Part shown: positions 38,621 to 51,849 of the stretch, piece by piece
How positions within the stretch are numbered: position 1 is the first letter of the stretch
Layout: every line of letters begins with the position of its first letter
Assembly (NCBI GenBank): GCA_040285825.1
Contig: JAUPSS010000011.1
Span: forward strand, 693,658 to 757,657
Source of the DNA: Eukaryota sp. TZLM1-RC
Taxonomy: Eukaryota; Protista; Metamonada: BaSk clade
DNA: 64,000 bases
Direction: 5' to 3'
Notes under the pieces: model-generated
The model's input: only the letters and a program-made list of their open reading frames with translations
Databases searched by the model: none
Told to the model about the DNA's origin: nothing
Made by a program: the position numbers and the translations under genes

Positions 38621-39955
38621 TGGCGCAATTTACAGGAGAAGTTTTCAATTTATGAATAGCACCACTTGTTTTTGATTACATTTCTGGTGTAGAACAACAT
38701 TGTTGCGTGAACTTTTACATTGATAAAGAAAAATTATTTTACTTTTGTTATTTGACAGAAACAAAAAAATAAATTCCAAAAAAAATTTACAGTTTCACTT
38801 TCATTTTGAATGTATTCTAGAAACAGATATCGTTTGTTTGACTTGAATCAAAAGGTGATCGTTTGTATATGGCAACGGTAACGCTATTTTCTGCACGATT
38901 ATCATTCTTTTGATTAGATCAGTATCTTTTTCAAAATTTATGAGCTTTATACATCATTAAAACCAATGTTCATGTCATTCATTTGATTTGAATTCCTTTG
39001 TTGATAATCTTTTTACAACATTTGCGACAATTTATACATGGTTATCTTGCCTTTGAAAAAATCGAAACGAATGGCGCATTTTACAAGAGAAGTTTTCAAG
39101 TTTATAGATACAGCATGTGTTCTTGATCACATTTTTGGTGTAGAAAAACATTGTTGCGTGAACTTTTACATTGATAAAGAAGTTTTTTTTCATTAAACAT
39201 AAATAAAAAATAAATTTAAATTTCATAAATTCAACAAACACTTTTATTGCAAAATCAGTACACGTAATCAGATGCTCTATTGATCAAAACTACTGCACCA
39301 AAAAAGCTGAAACAATTTGGCATAGTTTTCATTTGAAATCCCCATTTCTTATATGAAAAAAAGACTCCACACTTGACATTAAATCTTTGAATTGAAATAT
39401 CCATATGAGTGTTTTAAAACGCTGTTGAATGTTATTGTGTTTTCACACTTTCTGTGAAAACATGCTTATGCACAAGTGATACAAGGTAGGTTTGATACAT
39501 GAAGAAATGATTTATGTATTCTGTTTCAATGGAAATGTTGAAAACAATAGTGTTGGCAGAAAAAATGTTGTATGTACTGAAAAAAATACTGTCCAGGAAA
39601 ACTTTATTACGATAGAGTCTTCAACAAGAAGAAAGTACAACGGTGAAGACATCAAGCCAATCCATGAACAATTGAGATCGAAAGAGTGATTGAGTCAAAC
39701 GAAACACTTACAATAACCGATAGGTACAAGATTGACGGAATAGAAATCCAAAATGCGATAGGCAAGGCTGCTGCACTGATGGCAATCGTGATGCCTACCC
39801 TTCTGCCCTCGAGAATCATGGCACTAAGAGTATAATGTGTTTGAAGTTACAGACGCATTCCAAAGTCGGAGTACGGAAATGAGAAAAACCGCAGAAGGTT
39901 GCTCAGATTGGAAGATCAGATTTTGGGTCTGGTTTCAAACTTCAGATTTCCAATT

Positions 39956-42900
39956 TTTTTTTCCCTCCCTTAGTCAACCCTTTCATATTTCACTTTCTGT
40001 CAAGGCGTCAAAGTCGTACTGTTTCTCTGTCAAAACGATGCCTTTGGCTGATAGTGACTCTGATACTGATTGGAACGCCCAAGCAAAGATTCTACCAGTC
40101 AGATCAAGCTCATCCATTCCACTTCCCCACTCTCCCCACAATACAAGCTATGCTCGAAATTCATCTCAAAAAAATTTTCATTCAAAAACTGATCATTGTA
40201 CCAGAAAAAACACAGAAAAACCACCATTACGTTCCTTGCGTTCTGTTGCGCGTTCTATTAACAACTCCGTTTCTCGAAATTTGTTTTCTCCAGCTGAAAC
40301 TGCAAAAAGTCAAAAGTCTATTTCTACTTTTAACTCAAAAATTGACAAAATTGAAAGAACTGAAAAAATGAAACCACTGCCATTAAAAGGTTCTAAAAAA
40401 ATGTTCGATTTGTGGTATCAGTGGTCATAATTCGAGAACGTGCCCTGAGAAACAAAAAAGAGAATTTGAATTAAAATCTGCTCAACAAATTCTCAAATGT
40501 TCTGTTCCAGCTGTTGCCGTTGTGAAAGGTGCTGAAAATAATGTTTCTGACGATCAACAGTTAAATGCTTCTAGTGTTCCCTCTTCTTCCCCTTCTGAAA
40601 ACAGTAATTTTTGTTGTCCATTTTGCAAAAAAGATGTTGCAGATTCACGAAATGGTCGAAAACTTCTGTTTTGTACGAATTGTAAAGCCGTTGATACCGT
40701 AAGACCCCCGATCCGGATCCCAGTAGAAATAAGTCCCGCCAGCACAATCCCCTTCTCAATGGAAATGAGAAATTTTACTTCTGAATTGAAAAATAATAAG
40801 TGGAATATTTCATCCTTCTGGAAATATTTTGCTAGAAAAAACAAAAATTGTTTTAAGAAAAAATTTGGAAATAGAAAAATTGTAAAATCAAAAATTTGCC
40901 GAAAATTGTGCTTACGTGGTCGTTATGGTGCCGCAAAGCAGTCTTTGTTTTCCTCTTCTTTGGCTGATGTAAACTCTGATACTCTTGAAAAACTCCAAAA
41001 GTTGCATCCTCAAGAAAATTTCAAGTGCAGCAAGCCTGAAGTGTGTCCTTTTTGGATTGAAAATCCTATTACTGCAATTGAGGTTCTTAAAGCTATTCAA
41101 AAATTACCTAAGGGGAAAGCAGCAGGCCCATCTGGAATTTCTTGTGATCTCTTAAAAATAGCGTGTTCCAGTGCTCCCGAAATTGCTGATGATCTAGCCC
41201 ACTATTTTCAACAATTAATTGTTTTGAAAATAAATCCTCCATTTGAATTGCTCGCAGCACGTCTGATTGCTTTAGTAAAGCCTGGAAACGGAATCAAACC
41301 TGATGGAATACGCCCAATTGCTGTTGGTGAATCTCTTTCTCGTTTGCTGGCATCAATTGTCTTCGATCGTGTCAAAGACAAAGCCTCTACATTTTTGAAT
41401 CCTCATCAATTTGGAATCAAAACAATTGATGGTGCTTCTGTTGCTGCTATTGCCTCTGATACCTTTTTTAATGCAGAGGAAAATAATTTTATTTTTAATC
41501 TCGACTTTAAAAATGCTTTTAATTCTGTAAAGCGAGAAGCAATTTTTGAAGTTATTAAATCTGATTTTCCTGAGCTATCGAGTTTTTTTCTACCATTTTT
41601 ATGGTAAAGAATCAGATTTAATTTTTAATTCATTTGCTCTTAAATCATCTTCTGGTGTGAAGCAAGGTGACCCTTTAGGTCCATTATTGTTTTGTTTGGC
41701 TATTCACAAAACTTTAAATATCATTAAGCAAAAATACCCTTCTATAAAAATAGTTGCTTATATGGATGATATATCCTTGATTGGTTCATTTGATTTACTA
41801 GAATTGGTTGCTCAAGAAATTGCCGATTCATATGAAAATATTGGGCTTCATCTTAATGCCAGCAAATGCCTTCTGATTGGCTCTTCTGCTCAAGACCTCG
41901 TGATCAACGATTCTATTGTCCCTTTTACTAATTATAGTAGTGATGCTTTTAAGTTCCTTGGTTGTTGGTTAGGAAATGTGCCTCAAATTCAGAATGAATT
42001 GCAAGTTATTTTGGAAAAAATGAAAATTGAACTTGATTCAATTTCTTCTTTAGATATAGAAAAGCATATTAAATTTTTTATGCTTAAAATTTGCTACACT
42101 GGGAGAATAACCCACATTTTGAGATCTTGTGCTCCTTCCATAGCATTAGATTTTTGTCGTTCTTTTAATTCATTGAGAACAGAATTTTTTGCTGATTTAT
42201 TGAATGTAGAACCAGGAATGTTGAAAAGCCATTTATTTTCTTCAGCAAATTTGGGGGGTATTGGATTTACTAAATCTTCAATTTTGTGTCAATCAGCATT
42301 CTTGGTGGTGGCAAAAATTTTATTTATGAATTTTCTCGTAGATTTCCTGATGATTCTCATCTGTCAGTCCCCAATTGTAGTCCCTATTTGTATGAGTTAT
42401 CTTGTGAACTTGAAAAATTACCGCCACAAATTTGGACCAAATGTTTTCCTCAATCAATTCAAGAAATTCCAAACCGATCTCTATTTAATTTACAGTTTTG
42501 CTGTAAAAAGCTTCAACAAAAATTGTCAAAGATTTTTGAAAGCTTGGATTTTGATGTTAGACTTGGCTTGGCCAAGAAAAAGAATCCCGCTTTTGCAAAT
42601 CTTTTACAAGATATGTGTGACAGTACTTCTTCTGCCTTAGTAACAACAATTCCACAAGTTTATGGTACTCTCTTATCCGATTCTGCTTGGACTCTGAATA
42701 TGAGATTTCGTTCCTTTATCTGGCCTGATAATTTACCTCATAATTTAATTTGTAAATGTTCTCGAGAAATTACAACTACTCATTTGTTAAATTGTAAACA
42801 TTTTATTACTTTTTAGAAGCAAGGTTCATGATGCTGTAAGAGACCAGTTATATTGTATGTGTAAATCTCATAGAATTGAATCCTTCTTGGAACCTTTGTT

Positions 42901-43442
42901 GTCAAATCTGTTTGATGCTGAAAATGATTTTCATAAGAATAATAGAGGTGATGTCATATTACCTAGATTAGATGGAAGCTTCATTTTTATTGGATGTAAT
43001 GTCTGTTGATCCTTGTAATGCCTCAAATGAAAGGCTTGTTAATTCTGAAATTCATAATCCCCTTTCAAATGCTGAAAATTTTAAATTCAAAAAAATACAA
43101 TGAACCTTTGTCCAAATTGGCCAGTCTACAGCATGCAAAATACAATTTGTATCCATTTGTATTTTCCCTTTTTGGTTCACTTGCACCAACTGCTTTTACG
43201 TTTTTTTGGATGATTTTGAAATGATTGTAAAGAGAAGAACTGGCAGAAATTTCAACAGATTGTTTTGGCAAAATAGAATTGTGTTTTCTATTTTTAAGGG
43301 GATGTTGAAGATGGTTTCTGATGCTTTGCTTTCTCTTGGATCTCACTATGAGAGAGTTGCATCTAGTGTTTTTGTTTTGGGAGAGATGGATTTTTTAGAT
43401 GTTGATTTATAGGTTTAGAATAAAATTAAATTTTAAAAAAAA
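39956..43442 (+). mobile_element. Family A non-LTR retrotransposon (RT + RLE, CRE-like), apparently full length (~3.5 kb), 12-bp TSD, A-tail
   Basis: AGATTTCCAATT at 39944-39955 and 43443-43454; ATG 40038, CSICGISGHNSRTC knuckle, CPFC..CTNC, RPIAVGE, DFKNAFNS, GVKQGDPLGP, AYMDD, CKC..H..C, HDAVRD, RGD; stop at 43412, then AATAAA and an A9 run overlapping the TSD. Confidence 0.95.
40038..43412 (+). pseudogene. Family A single ORF (~1120 codons) broken by several frameshifts, mostly at homopolymer runs
   Basis: ORF-track pieces (39837, 40522, 41546, 42286, 43206) join into one polyprotein through shifts near 40400, 41590, 42300, 42813, 42990, 43080 and 43205. Confidence 0.85.
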
Positions 43443-46400
43443 AGATTTCCAATTGTGACATTGGAATTTTTCCAACCCATAAAGCATTAATTTTGGTTTT
43501 GCTTTCCTGTTTTCTGCATGTGTTCGTATATGGCAACGGTAACACTAATTTCTGTACGATTATCATTCTTTTGATTAGGTCAGTATCTTTTTCAAAATTT
43601 ATGAGCTTTATACATCATTAAAACCAATGTTCATGTCATTCATTTGATTTGAATTCCTTTGTTGTTAATCTTTTTACAACATTTGCGACAATTTATACAT
43701 GGGTATCTTGCCTTTGAAAAAATCGAAACGAATGGCGCATTTTACAAGAGAAGTTTGCAAGTTTATAAATACAGCATGTCTTCTTGATCATATTTTTGGT
43801 GTAGAAAAACATTGTTGCCTGAACTTTTACATTGATAAAGAAAAAATATTTTACTTTTGTTATTTGACAGAAACAATAACATAAATTCCAAAAACAAAAT
43901 TTACAGTTTCACTTTTATTATGAATTTATTCTAGAAACAGATAGCATTTGTTTGATTTGAATCAAAAGGTGATCCTTTGTATATGGCAACGGTAACGCTA
44001 TTTTCTGCACGATTATCATTCGTTAGATTAGGCCAGAATCTTTCTCAAATTTTATGAGCTTTATACATCATTAAAACCAATGTTGATGTCATTCATTTGA
44101 TTTGAATTTCTTTGCTGATAATCTTTTTACAACATTTGCGACAATTTATACATGGTTATCTTGCCTTTGAAAAAATCGAAACGAATGGCGCATTTTACAA
44201 GAGAAGTTTTTAACTTTATAGATACAGCATGTGTTCTTGATCACATTTTTGGTTTAGAAAAACATTGTTGCATGAACTTTTACATTGATAAAGAGGTTTT
44301 TCTTCATTTTTTTAAACATAAATAAAAAATAAATTCAAAATTTCATAAATTCAACAAACACTTTTATTGCAAAATCAGTACACGAAATCAGATGCTCTAT
44401 TGATCAAAAATACTGCACCAAAAAAGCTAAAACAATTTGTCATAGTTTTCATTTGAAATCCCCATTTCTTATATGACAAAAAGACTCCACACTTGACAAT
44501 AAATCTTTGAATTGTAATATCCATATGAGTGTTTAAAACGCTGTTGAATGTTATTGTGTTTTCACACTTTCTGTGAAAACATGCTTATGCACAAGTGATA
44601 CAAGGTAGGTTTGATACATGAAGAAACGATTTATGTATTCTGTTTCAATGGCAATCTTGAAAACAATAGTGTTGGCAGAAAAGATGATGTATGTACTGAA
44701 AAGAATACTGTCCAGGAAAACTTTATTACGATAGAGTCTTCAACAAGAAGAAAGTACAACGGTGAAGACATCAAGCCAATCCATGAACAATTGAGATCGA
44801 AAGAGTGATTGAGTCAAACGAAACACTTACAATAACCGATAGGTACAAGATTGACGGAATAGAAATCCAAAATGCGATAGGCAAGGCTGCTGCACTGATG
44901 GCAATCGTGATGCCTACCCTTCTGCCCCCAAGAATCATGGCACTAAGAGTATAATATGTTTGAAGTTACAGACGCATCCCAAAGTCGGAGTACGGAAATG
45001 AGAAAAACCGCAGAAGGTTGCTCAGGTTGGAAGATCAGATTTTGGGTCTGGTTTCAAACTTCAGATTTTCCAATTTTGACATTGGAATTTTACCAACCCA
45101 TAATGCAATTAATTTTGGTTTTGCTTTCCTGTTTTCTGCATGTGTTCGTATATGGCAACGGTAACACTAATTTCTGTACGATTATCATTCTTTTGATTAG
45201 GTCAGTATCTTTTTCAAAATTTATGAGCTTTATACATCATTAAAACCAATGTTCATGTCATTCATTTGATTTGAATTCCTTTGTTGTTAATCTTTTTACA
45301 ACATTTGCGACAATTTATACATGGGTATCTTGCCTTTGAAAAAATCGAAACGAATGGCGCATTTTACAAGAGAAGTTTGCAAGTTTATAAATACAGCATG
45401 TGTTCTTGATCACATTTTTGGTGTAGAAAAACATTGTTGCCTGAACTTTTACATTGATAAAGAAAAATTTTTTTGCTTTTGTTATTTGACAGAAACAATA
45501 ACATAAATTCCAAAAAAAATTTAAAGTTTCACTTTCATTTTGAATTTATTCTAAAAACAGATAGCATTTGTTTGATTTGAATCAAAAGGTGATCCTTTGT
45601 ATATGGCAACGGTAACGCTATTATCTGCACGATTATCATTCGTTAGATTAGGTCAGTATCTTTCTCAAATTTTATGAGCTTTATACATCATTAAAACCAA
45701 TGTTGATGTCATTCATTTGATTTGAATTTCTTTGCTGATAATCTTTTTACAACATTTGCGACAATTTATACATGGTTATCTTGCCTTTGAAAAAATCGAA
45801 ACGAATGGCGCATTTTACAAGAGAAGTTTTCAACTTTATAGATACAGCATGTGTTCTTGATCACATTTTTGGTTTAGAAAAACATTGTTGCATGAACTTT
45901 TACATTGATAAAGAGGTTTTTCTTTTTGTTATTAAACATAAATAAAAAATAAATTTAAAATTTCATAAATTCAACAAACACTTTTATTGCAAAATCAGTA
46001 CACGAAACTAGATGCTCTATTGATCAAAACTACTGCACCAAAAAAGCTGAAACAATTTGGCATAGTTTTCATTTGAAATCCCCATCTCTTATATGAAAAA
46101 AAGACTCCACACTTGACAAAAAATCTTCGAATTGTAATATCCATATGAGTGTTTTAAAACGCTGTTGAATGTTATTGTGTTTTCACACTTTCTGTGAAAA
46201 CATGCTTATGCACAAGTGATACAAGGTAGGTTTGATACATGAAGAAACGATTTATGTATTCTGTTTCAATGGCAATCTTGAAAACAATGGTGTTGGCAGA
46301 AAAGATGATGTATGTACTGAAAAGAATACTGTCCAGGAAAACTTTATTACGATAGAGTCTTCATCAAGAAGAAAGTACAACGGTGAAGACATCAAGCCAA

Positions 46401-49400
46401 TCCATGAACAATTGAGATCAAAAGAGTGATTGAGTCAAACGAAACACTGACAATAACCGATAGGTAAAAGATTTACGGAATAGAAATCCAAAATGCGCTA
46501 GGCAAGGCTGCTGCACTGATGGCAATCGTGATGCCTACCCTTCTGCCCCAAAGAATCATGGCACTAAGAGTATAATATGTTTGAAGTTACAGACGCATCC
46601 CAAAGTCGGAGTACGGAAATGAGAAAAACCGCAGAAGGTTGCTCAGGTTGGAAGATCAGATTTTGGGTCTGGTTTCAAACTTCAGATTTTCCAATTTTGA
46701 CATTGGAATTTTACCAACCCATAATGCAATTAATTTTGGTTTTGCTTTCCTGTTTTCTGCATGTGTTCGTATATGGCAACGGTAACACTAATTTCTGTAC
46801 GATTATCATTCTTTTGATTAGGTCAGTATCTTTTCAAAATTTATGAGCTTTATACATCATTAAAACCAATGTTCATGTCATTCATTTGATTTGAATTCCT
46901 TTGTTGTTAATCTTTTTACAACATTTGCGACAATTTATACATGGGTATCTTGCCTTTGAAAAAATCGAAACGAATGGCGCATTTTACAAGAGAAGTTTGC
47001 AAGTTTATAAATACAGCATGTGTTCTTGATCACATTTTTGGTGTAGAAAAACATTGTTGCCTGAACTTTTACATTGATAAAGAAAAATTTTTTGCTTTTT
47101 GTTATTTGACAGAAACAATAACATAAATTCCAAAAAAATTTAAAGTTTCACTTTCATTTTGAATTTATTCTAAAAACAGATAGCATTTGTTTGATTTGAA
47201 TCAAAAGGTGATCCTTTGTATATGGCAACGGTAACGCTATTATCTGCACGATTATCATTCGTTAGATTAGGTCAGTATCTTTCTCAAATTTTATGAGCTT
47301 TATACATCATTAAAACCAATGTTGATGTCATTCATTTGATTTGAATTTCTTTGCTGATAATCTTTTTACAACATTTGCGACAATTTATACATGGTTATCT
47401 TGCCTTTGGAAAAAATCGAAACGAATGGCGCATTTTACAAGAGAAGTTTTCAACTTTATAGATACAGCATGTGTTCTTGATCACATTTTTGGTTTAGAAA
47501 AACATTGTTGCATGAACTTTTACATTGATAAAGAGGTTTTTCTTTTTGTTATTAAACATAAATAAAAAATAAATTTAAAATTTCATAAATTCAACAAACA
47601 CTTTTATTGCAAAATCAGTACACGAAACTAGATGCTCTATTGATCAAAACTACTGCACCAAAAAAGCTGAAACAATTTGGCATAGTTTTCATTTGAAATC
47701 CCCATCTCTTATATGAAAAAAAGACTCCACACTTGACAAAAAATCTTCGAATTGTAATATCCATATGAGTGTTTTAAAACGCTGTTGAATGTTATTGTGT
47801 TTTCACACTTTCTGTGAAAACATGCTTATGCACAAGTGATACAAGGTAGGTTTGATACATGAAGAAACGATTTATGTATTCTGTTTCAATGGCAATCTTG
47901 AAAACAATGGTGTTGGCAGAAAAGATGATGTATGTACTGAAAAGAATACTGTCCAGGAAAACTTTATTACGATAGAGTCTTCATCAAGAAGAAAGTACAA
48001 CGGTGAAGACATCAAGCCAATCCATGAACAATTGAGATCAAAAGAGTGATTGAGTCAAACGAAACACTGACAATAACCGATAGGTAAAAGATTTACGGAA
48101 TAGAAATCCAAAATGCGCTAGGCAAGGCTGCTGCACTGATGGCAATCGTGATGCCTACCCTTCTGCCCCAAAGAATCATGGCACTAAGAGTATAATGTGT
48201 TTAAAGTTACAGACGCATCCCAAAGTCGGAGTACGGAAATGAGAAAAACCGCAGAAGGTTGCTCAGGTTGGAAGATCAGATTTTGGGTCTGGTTTCAAAC
48301 TTCAGATTTTCCAATTTTGACATTGGAATTTTACCAACCCATAATGCAATTAATTTTGGTTTTGCTTTCCTGTTTTCTGCATGTGTTCGTATATGGCAAC
48401 GGTAACACTAATTTCTGTACGATTATCATTCTTTTGATTAGGTCAGTATCTTTTTCAAAATTTATGAGCTTTATACATCATTAAAACCAATGTTCATGTC
48501 ATTCATTTGATTTGAATTCCTTTGTTGTTAATCTTTTTACAACATTTGCGACAATTTATACATGGGTATCTTGCCTTTGAAAAAATCGAAACGAATGGCG
48601 CATTTTACAAGAGAAGTTTGCAAGTTTATAAATACAGCATGTGTTCTTGATCACATTTTTGGTGTAGAAAAACATTGTTGCCTGAACTTTTACATTGATA
48701 AAGAAAAATTTTTTGCTTTTGTTATTTGACAGAAACAATAACATAAATTCCAAAAAAAATTTACAGTTTCACTTTCATTTTGAATTTATTCTAAAAACAG
48801 ATAGCATTTGTTTGATTTGAATCAAAAGGTGATCCTTTGTATATGGCAACGGTAACGCTATTATCTGCACGATTATCATTCGTTAGATTAGGTCAGTATC
48901 TTTCTCAAATTTTATGAGCTTTATACATCATTAAAACCAATGTTGATGTCATTCATTTGATTTGAAGTTCTTTGCTGATAATCTTTTTACAACATTTGCG
49001 ACAATTTATACATGGTTATCTTGCCTTTGAAAAAATCGAAACGAATGGCGCATTTTACAAGAGAAGTTTTCAACTTTATAGATACAGCATGTGTTCTTGA
49101 TCACATTTTTGGTTTAGAAAAACATTGTTGCATGAACTTTTACATTGATAAAGAGGTTTTTCTTTTTGTTATTAAACATAAATAAAAAATAAATTTAAAA
49201 TTTCATAAATTCAACAAACACTTTTATTGCAAAATCAGTACACGAAACTAGATGCTCTATTGATCAAAACTACTGCACCAAAAAAGCTGAAACAATTTGG
49301 CATAGTTTTCATTTGAAATCCCCATCTCTTATATGAAAAAAAGACTCCACACTTGACAAAAAATCTTTGAATTGTAATATCCATATGAGTGTTTCAAACG

Positions 49401-49928
49401 CTGTTGAATGTTATTGTGTTTTCACACTTTCTGTGAAAACATGCTTATGCACAAGTGATACAAGGTAGGTTTGATACATGAAGAAACGATTTATGTATTC
49501 TGTTTCAATGGCAATCTTGAAAACAATGGTGTTGGCAGAAAAGATGATGTATGTACTGAAAAGAATACTGTCCAGGAAAACTTTATTACGATAGAGTCTT
49601 CATCAAGAAGAAAGTACAACGGTGAAGACATCAAGCCAATCCATGAACAATTGAGATCGAAAGAGTGATTGAGTCAAACGAAACACTTACAATAACCGAT
49701 AGGTACAAGATTGACGGAATAGAAATCCAAAATGCGATAGGCAAGGCTGCTGCACTGATGGCAATCGTGATGCCTACCCTTCTGCCCCCAAGAATCATGA
49801 CACTAAGAGTATAATATGTTTGAAGTTACAGACGCATCCCAAAGTCGGAGTACGGAAATGAGAAAAACCGCAGAAGGTTGCTCAGGTTGGAAGCTCAGAT
49901 TTTGGGTCTGGTTTCAAACTTAAGATTT

Positions 49929-51747
49929 TGAGTTCATGAAGTGGTGTAAAGCAAGGAGATCCGTTGGCCTCTTTTGTTTTGTTTGGACATTCATCCAATT
50001 TTACTGCAAATTCAAGAGATGTTTCCTTCACTAAAAATGATTGCATATATGGATGATGTTGTTCCTATTGGTGATTTAAATATTGTGAAACAAGAAACTG
50101 TAAGTTTTAATGAATTATTTGCCAAAATTGGTCTCCGACTTAATTTACTTGAATGTGTTTTGTTATCGAATTCTCCAATTTCCACAATAGTTGATGGTAT
50201 TGAAATTCAAGCCAAATTATATTCAATTGATGCTATTCGTCATTTGGGTTCGTTTTGAGGAAATAATAGTGAAATTACCCAAAAATTGTGTGAAAAGTTG
50301 AACTCAATTTCTGACAAAATCGACCGAATGATGAATTTAGATATAAAAAACACATCAAATTTACCATTATAAGACTGTGTTTTAGTTCCAATTTTAATCA
50401 TATATTTCGATCTACAAATCCTCTCGTCACTAGACCTTTGGCTCAAAAGTTTAATGAGTTACGTGCAAAAGTTCTGTCTCAATTGATGGGATGTAAAATT
50501 TTTCAAATTCCTGATCATGCTTACCTTAGTCCACATTATGGCGGTTTAGGGTGGACGAAGGCTTCTATTCTTACCTCGTGTGCTTTTGTTGGTGGATGTA
50601 GAAATGCAATCTTTGAGTTTTCCGAAAGATTTGCAGATTGGGAAGATTTATTGATGACAACGCAAAGTTCCACTGTTTTTGCATTAAATGAAGAAATTTC
50701 AAGAATTGATGTAGAAAAATGGGGTCGATGTTTTCCCCAATCATTCAATGGCAATATTCCAGAAAAAAATGTTTTAAATTTGAAGTACACTCTGCGAACA
50801 TTACAGAAACGATTGACTGGAATGTATGAAAAAGATCTTTATAATAATATATGCAGCTCGGCTGTTTTAAATCAAGATCTTCACTCATTGTTATTGGAAA
50901 AGGGTGTTTGTTAAAACAACTCGTCAGATTCTTCACCTTTTGTAACTATTGTACCACGAAGATTTGGGTTGTGTGCCACTTATGAAGCATTTGCAACAAA
51001 AATGAGATTATATTTGAACATCCCCATTAATCAATTATTTTCAAAAGAAAAATGTATTTGTTCGAATTCACCTCAACTCACTTTGCGCCATGCTCTGAAT
51101 TGCTCTAAATTGATAACTTATCGTTCTTCATTACATGATGCTGTTAGAGACACTGTTTTCAATATGGCACAAACTGCAAGGATAACGTGTATCAAAGAGC
51201 CCCTGCTGAAGGAAACACTTTCTCTGAATAATTTTGGTTCTGATGATAGAGGTGATGTATACTGTGATTGGATTGATAATTCTGAAGCTATTGTTGACTT
51301 TGTCTCATGTAATGTTGCAAATGATACTTTGGTTCACAGAAGAAAACTTAATCCTGTGGCTGCTCTGGATTTTAAAGCAAAAGAGAAACATAGAAAATAT
51401 GATAAAGATATTGAAGAGGCTAATCTCGATAGAAATACACAGCTGGTTTTTATTGCTTTCCCATTTTCGATAAATGGAAGATTATCAGTTGAAGCAGAAA
51501 CTTTTTTGAATGACTTCCAAAAAATGGTGCAAGAAAAAACAATGAAAAGATTTGATATATTTTTATGGCGTTCACGGATTCAATTTGCTATTATTAATAG
51601 ATTACCACGGTTTTTCAATCGAATAAGAGAAGCTTTAGCTAGACAACATGCAGATCAAGATTTTGTAGAGGAAATCTTGGTTCAATGATAGTCGTCCCAT
51701 TAGTATTGAGTTAATTTAATTAAATGTGCAAATTCAATAAATACAAC
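49929..51747 (+). mobile_element. Family B retrotransposon, 5'-truncated within RT, 12-bp TSD, degenerate
   Basis: AACTTAAGATTT at 49917-49928 and 51748-51759 (both carry a private C>A variant); GVKQGDP, AYMDD and RLE motifs; stops and frameshifts. Confidence 0.93.
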
Positions 51748-51849
51748 AACTTAAGATTTCCACTTTTTGACATTGGAATTTTACCAACCCATCATCCAAT
51801 AGATTTTGGTTTTGCTTTCCTGTTTTCTGCGTGTGTTTGTATATGGCAA

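Larger units (their letters stand above)
38621..51849 (+). repeat. IGS-type array 2, inverted relative to array 1 (~1620 bp units)
   Basis: Core marker ORF at 39492, 44611, 46232, 47852 and 49471 on the + strand (periods 1619-1621). Confidence 0.93.

Noticed and set aside
40038-43412. Programmed ribosomal frameshifting in family A
   Set aside because: Too many shifts, mostly in A/T runs, and family C reads through the equivalent RT region in one frame
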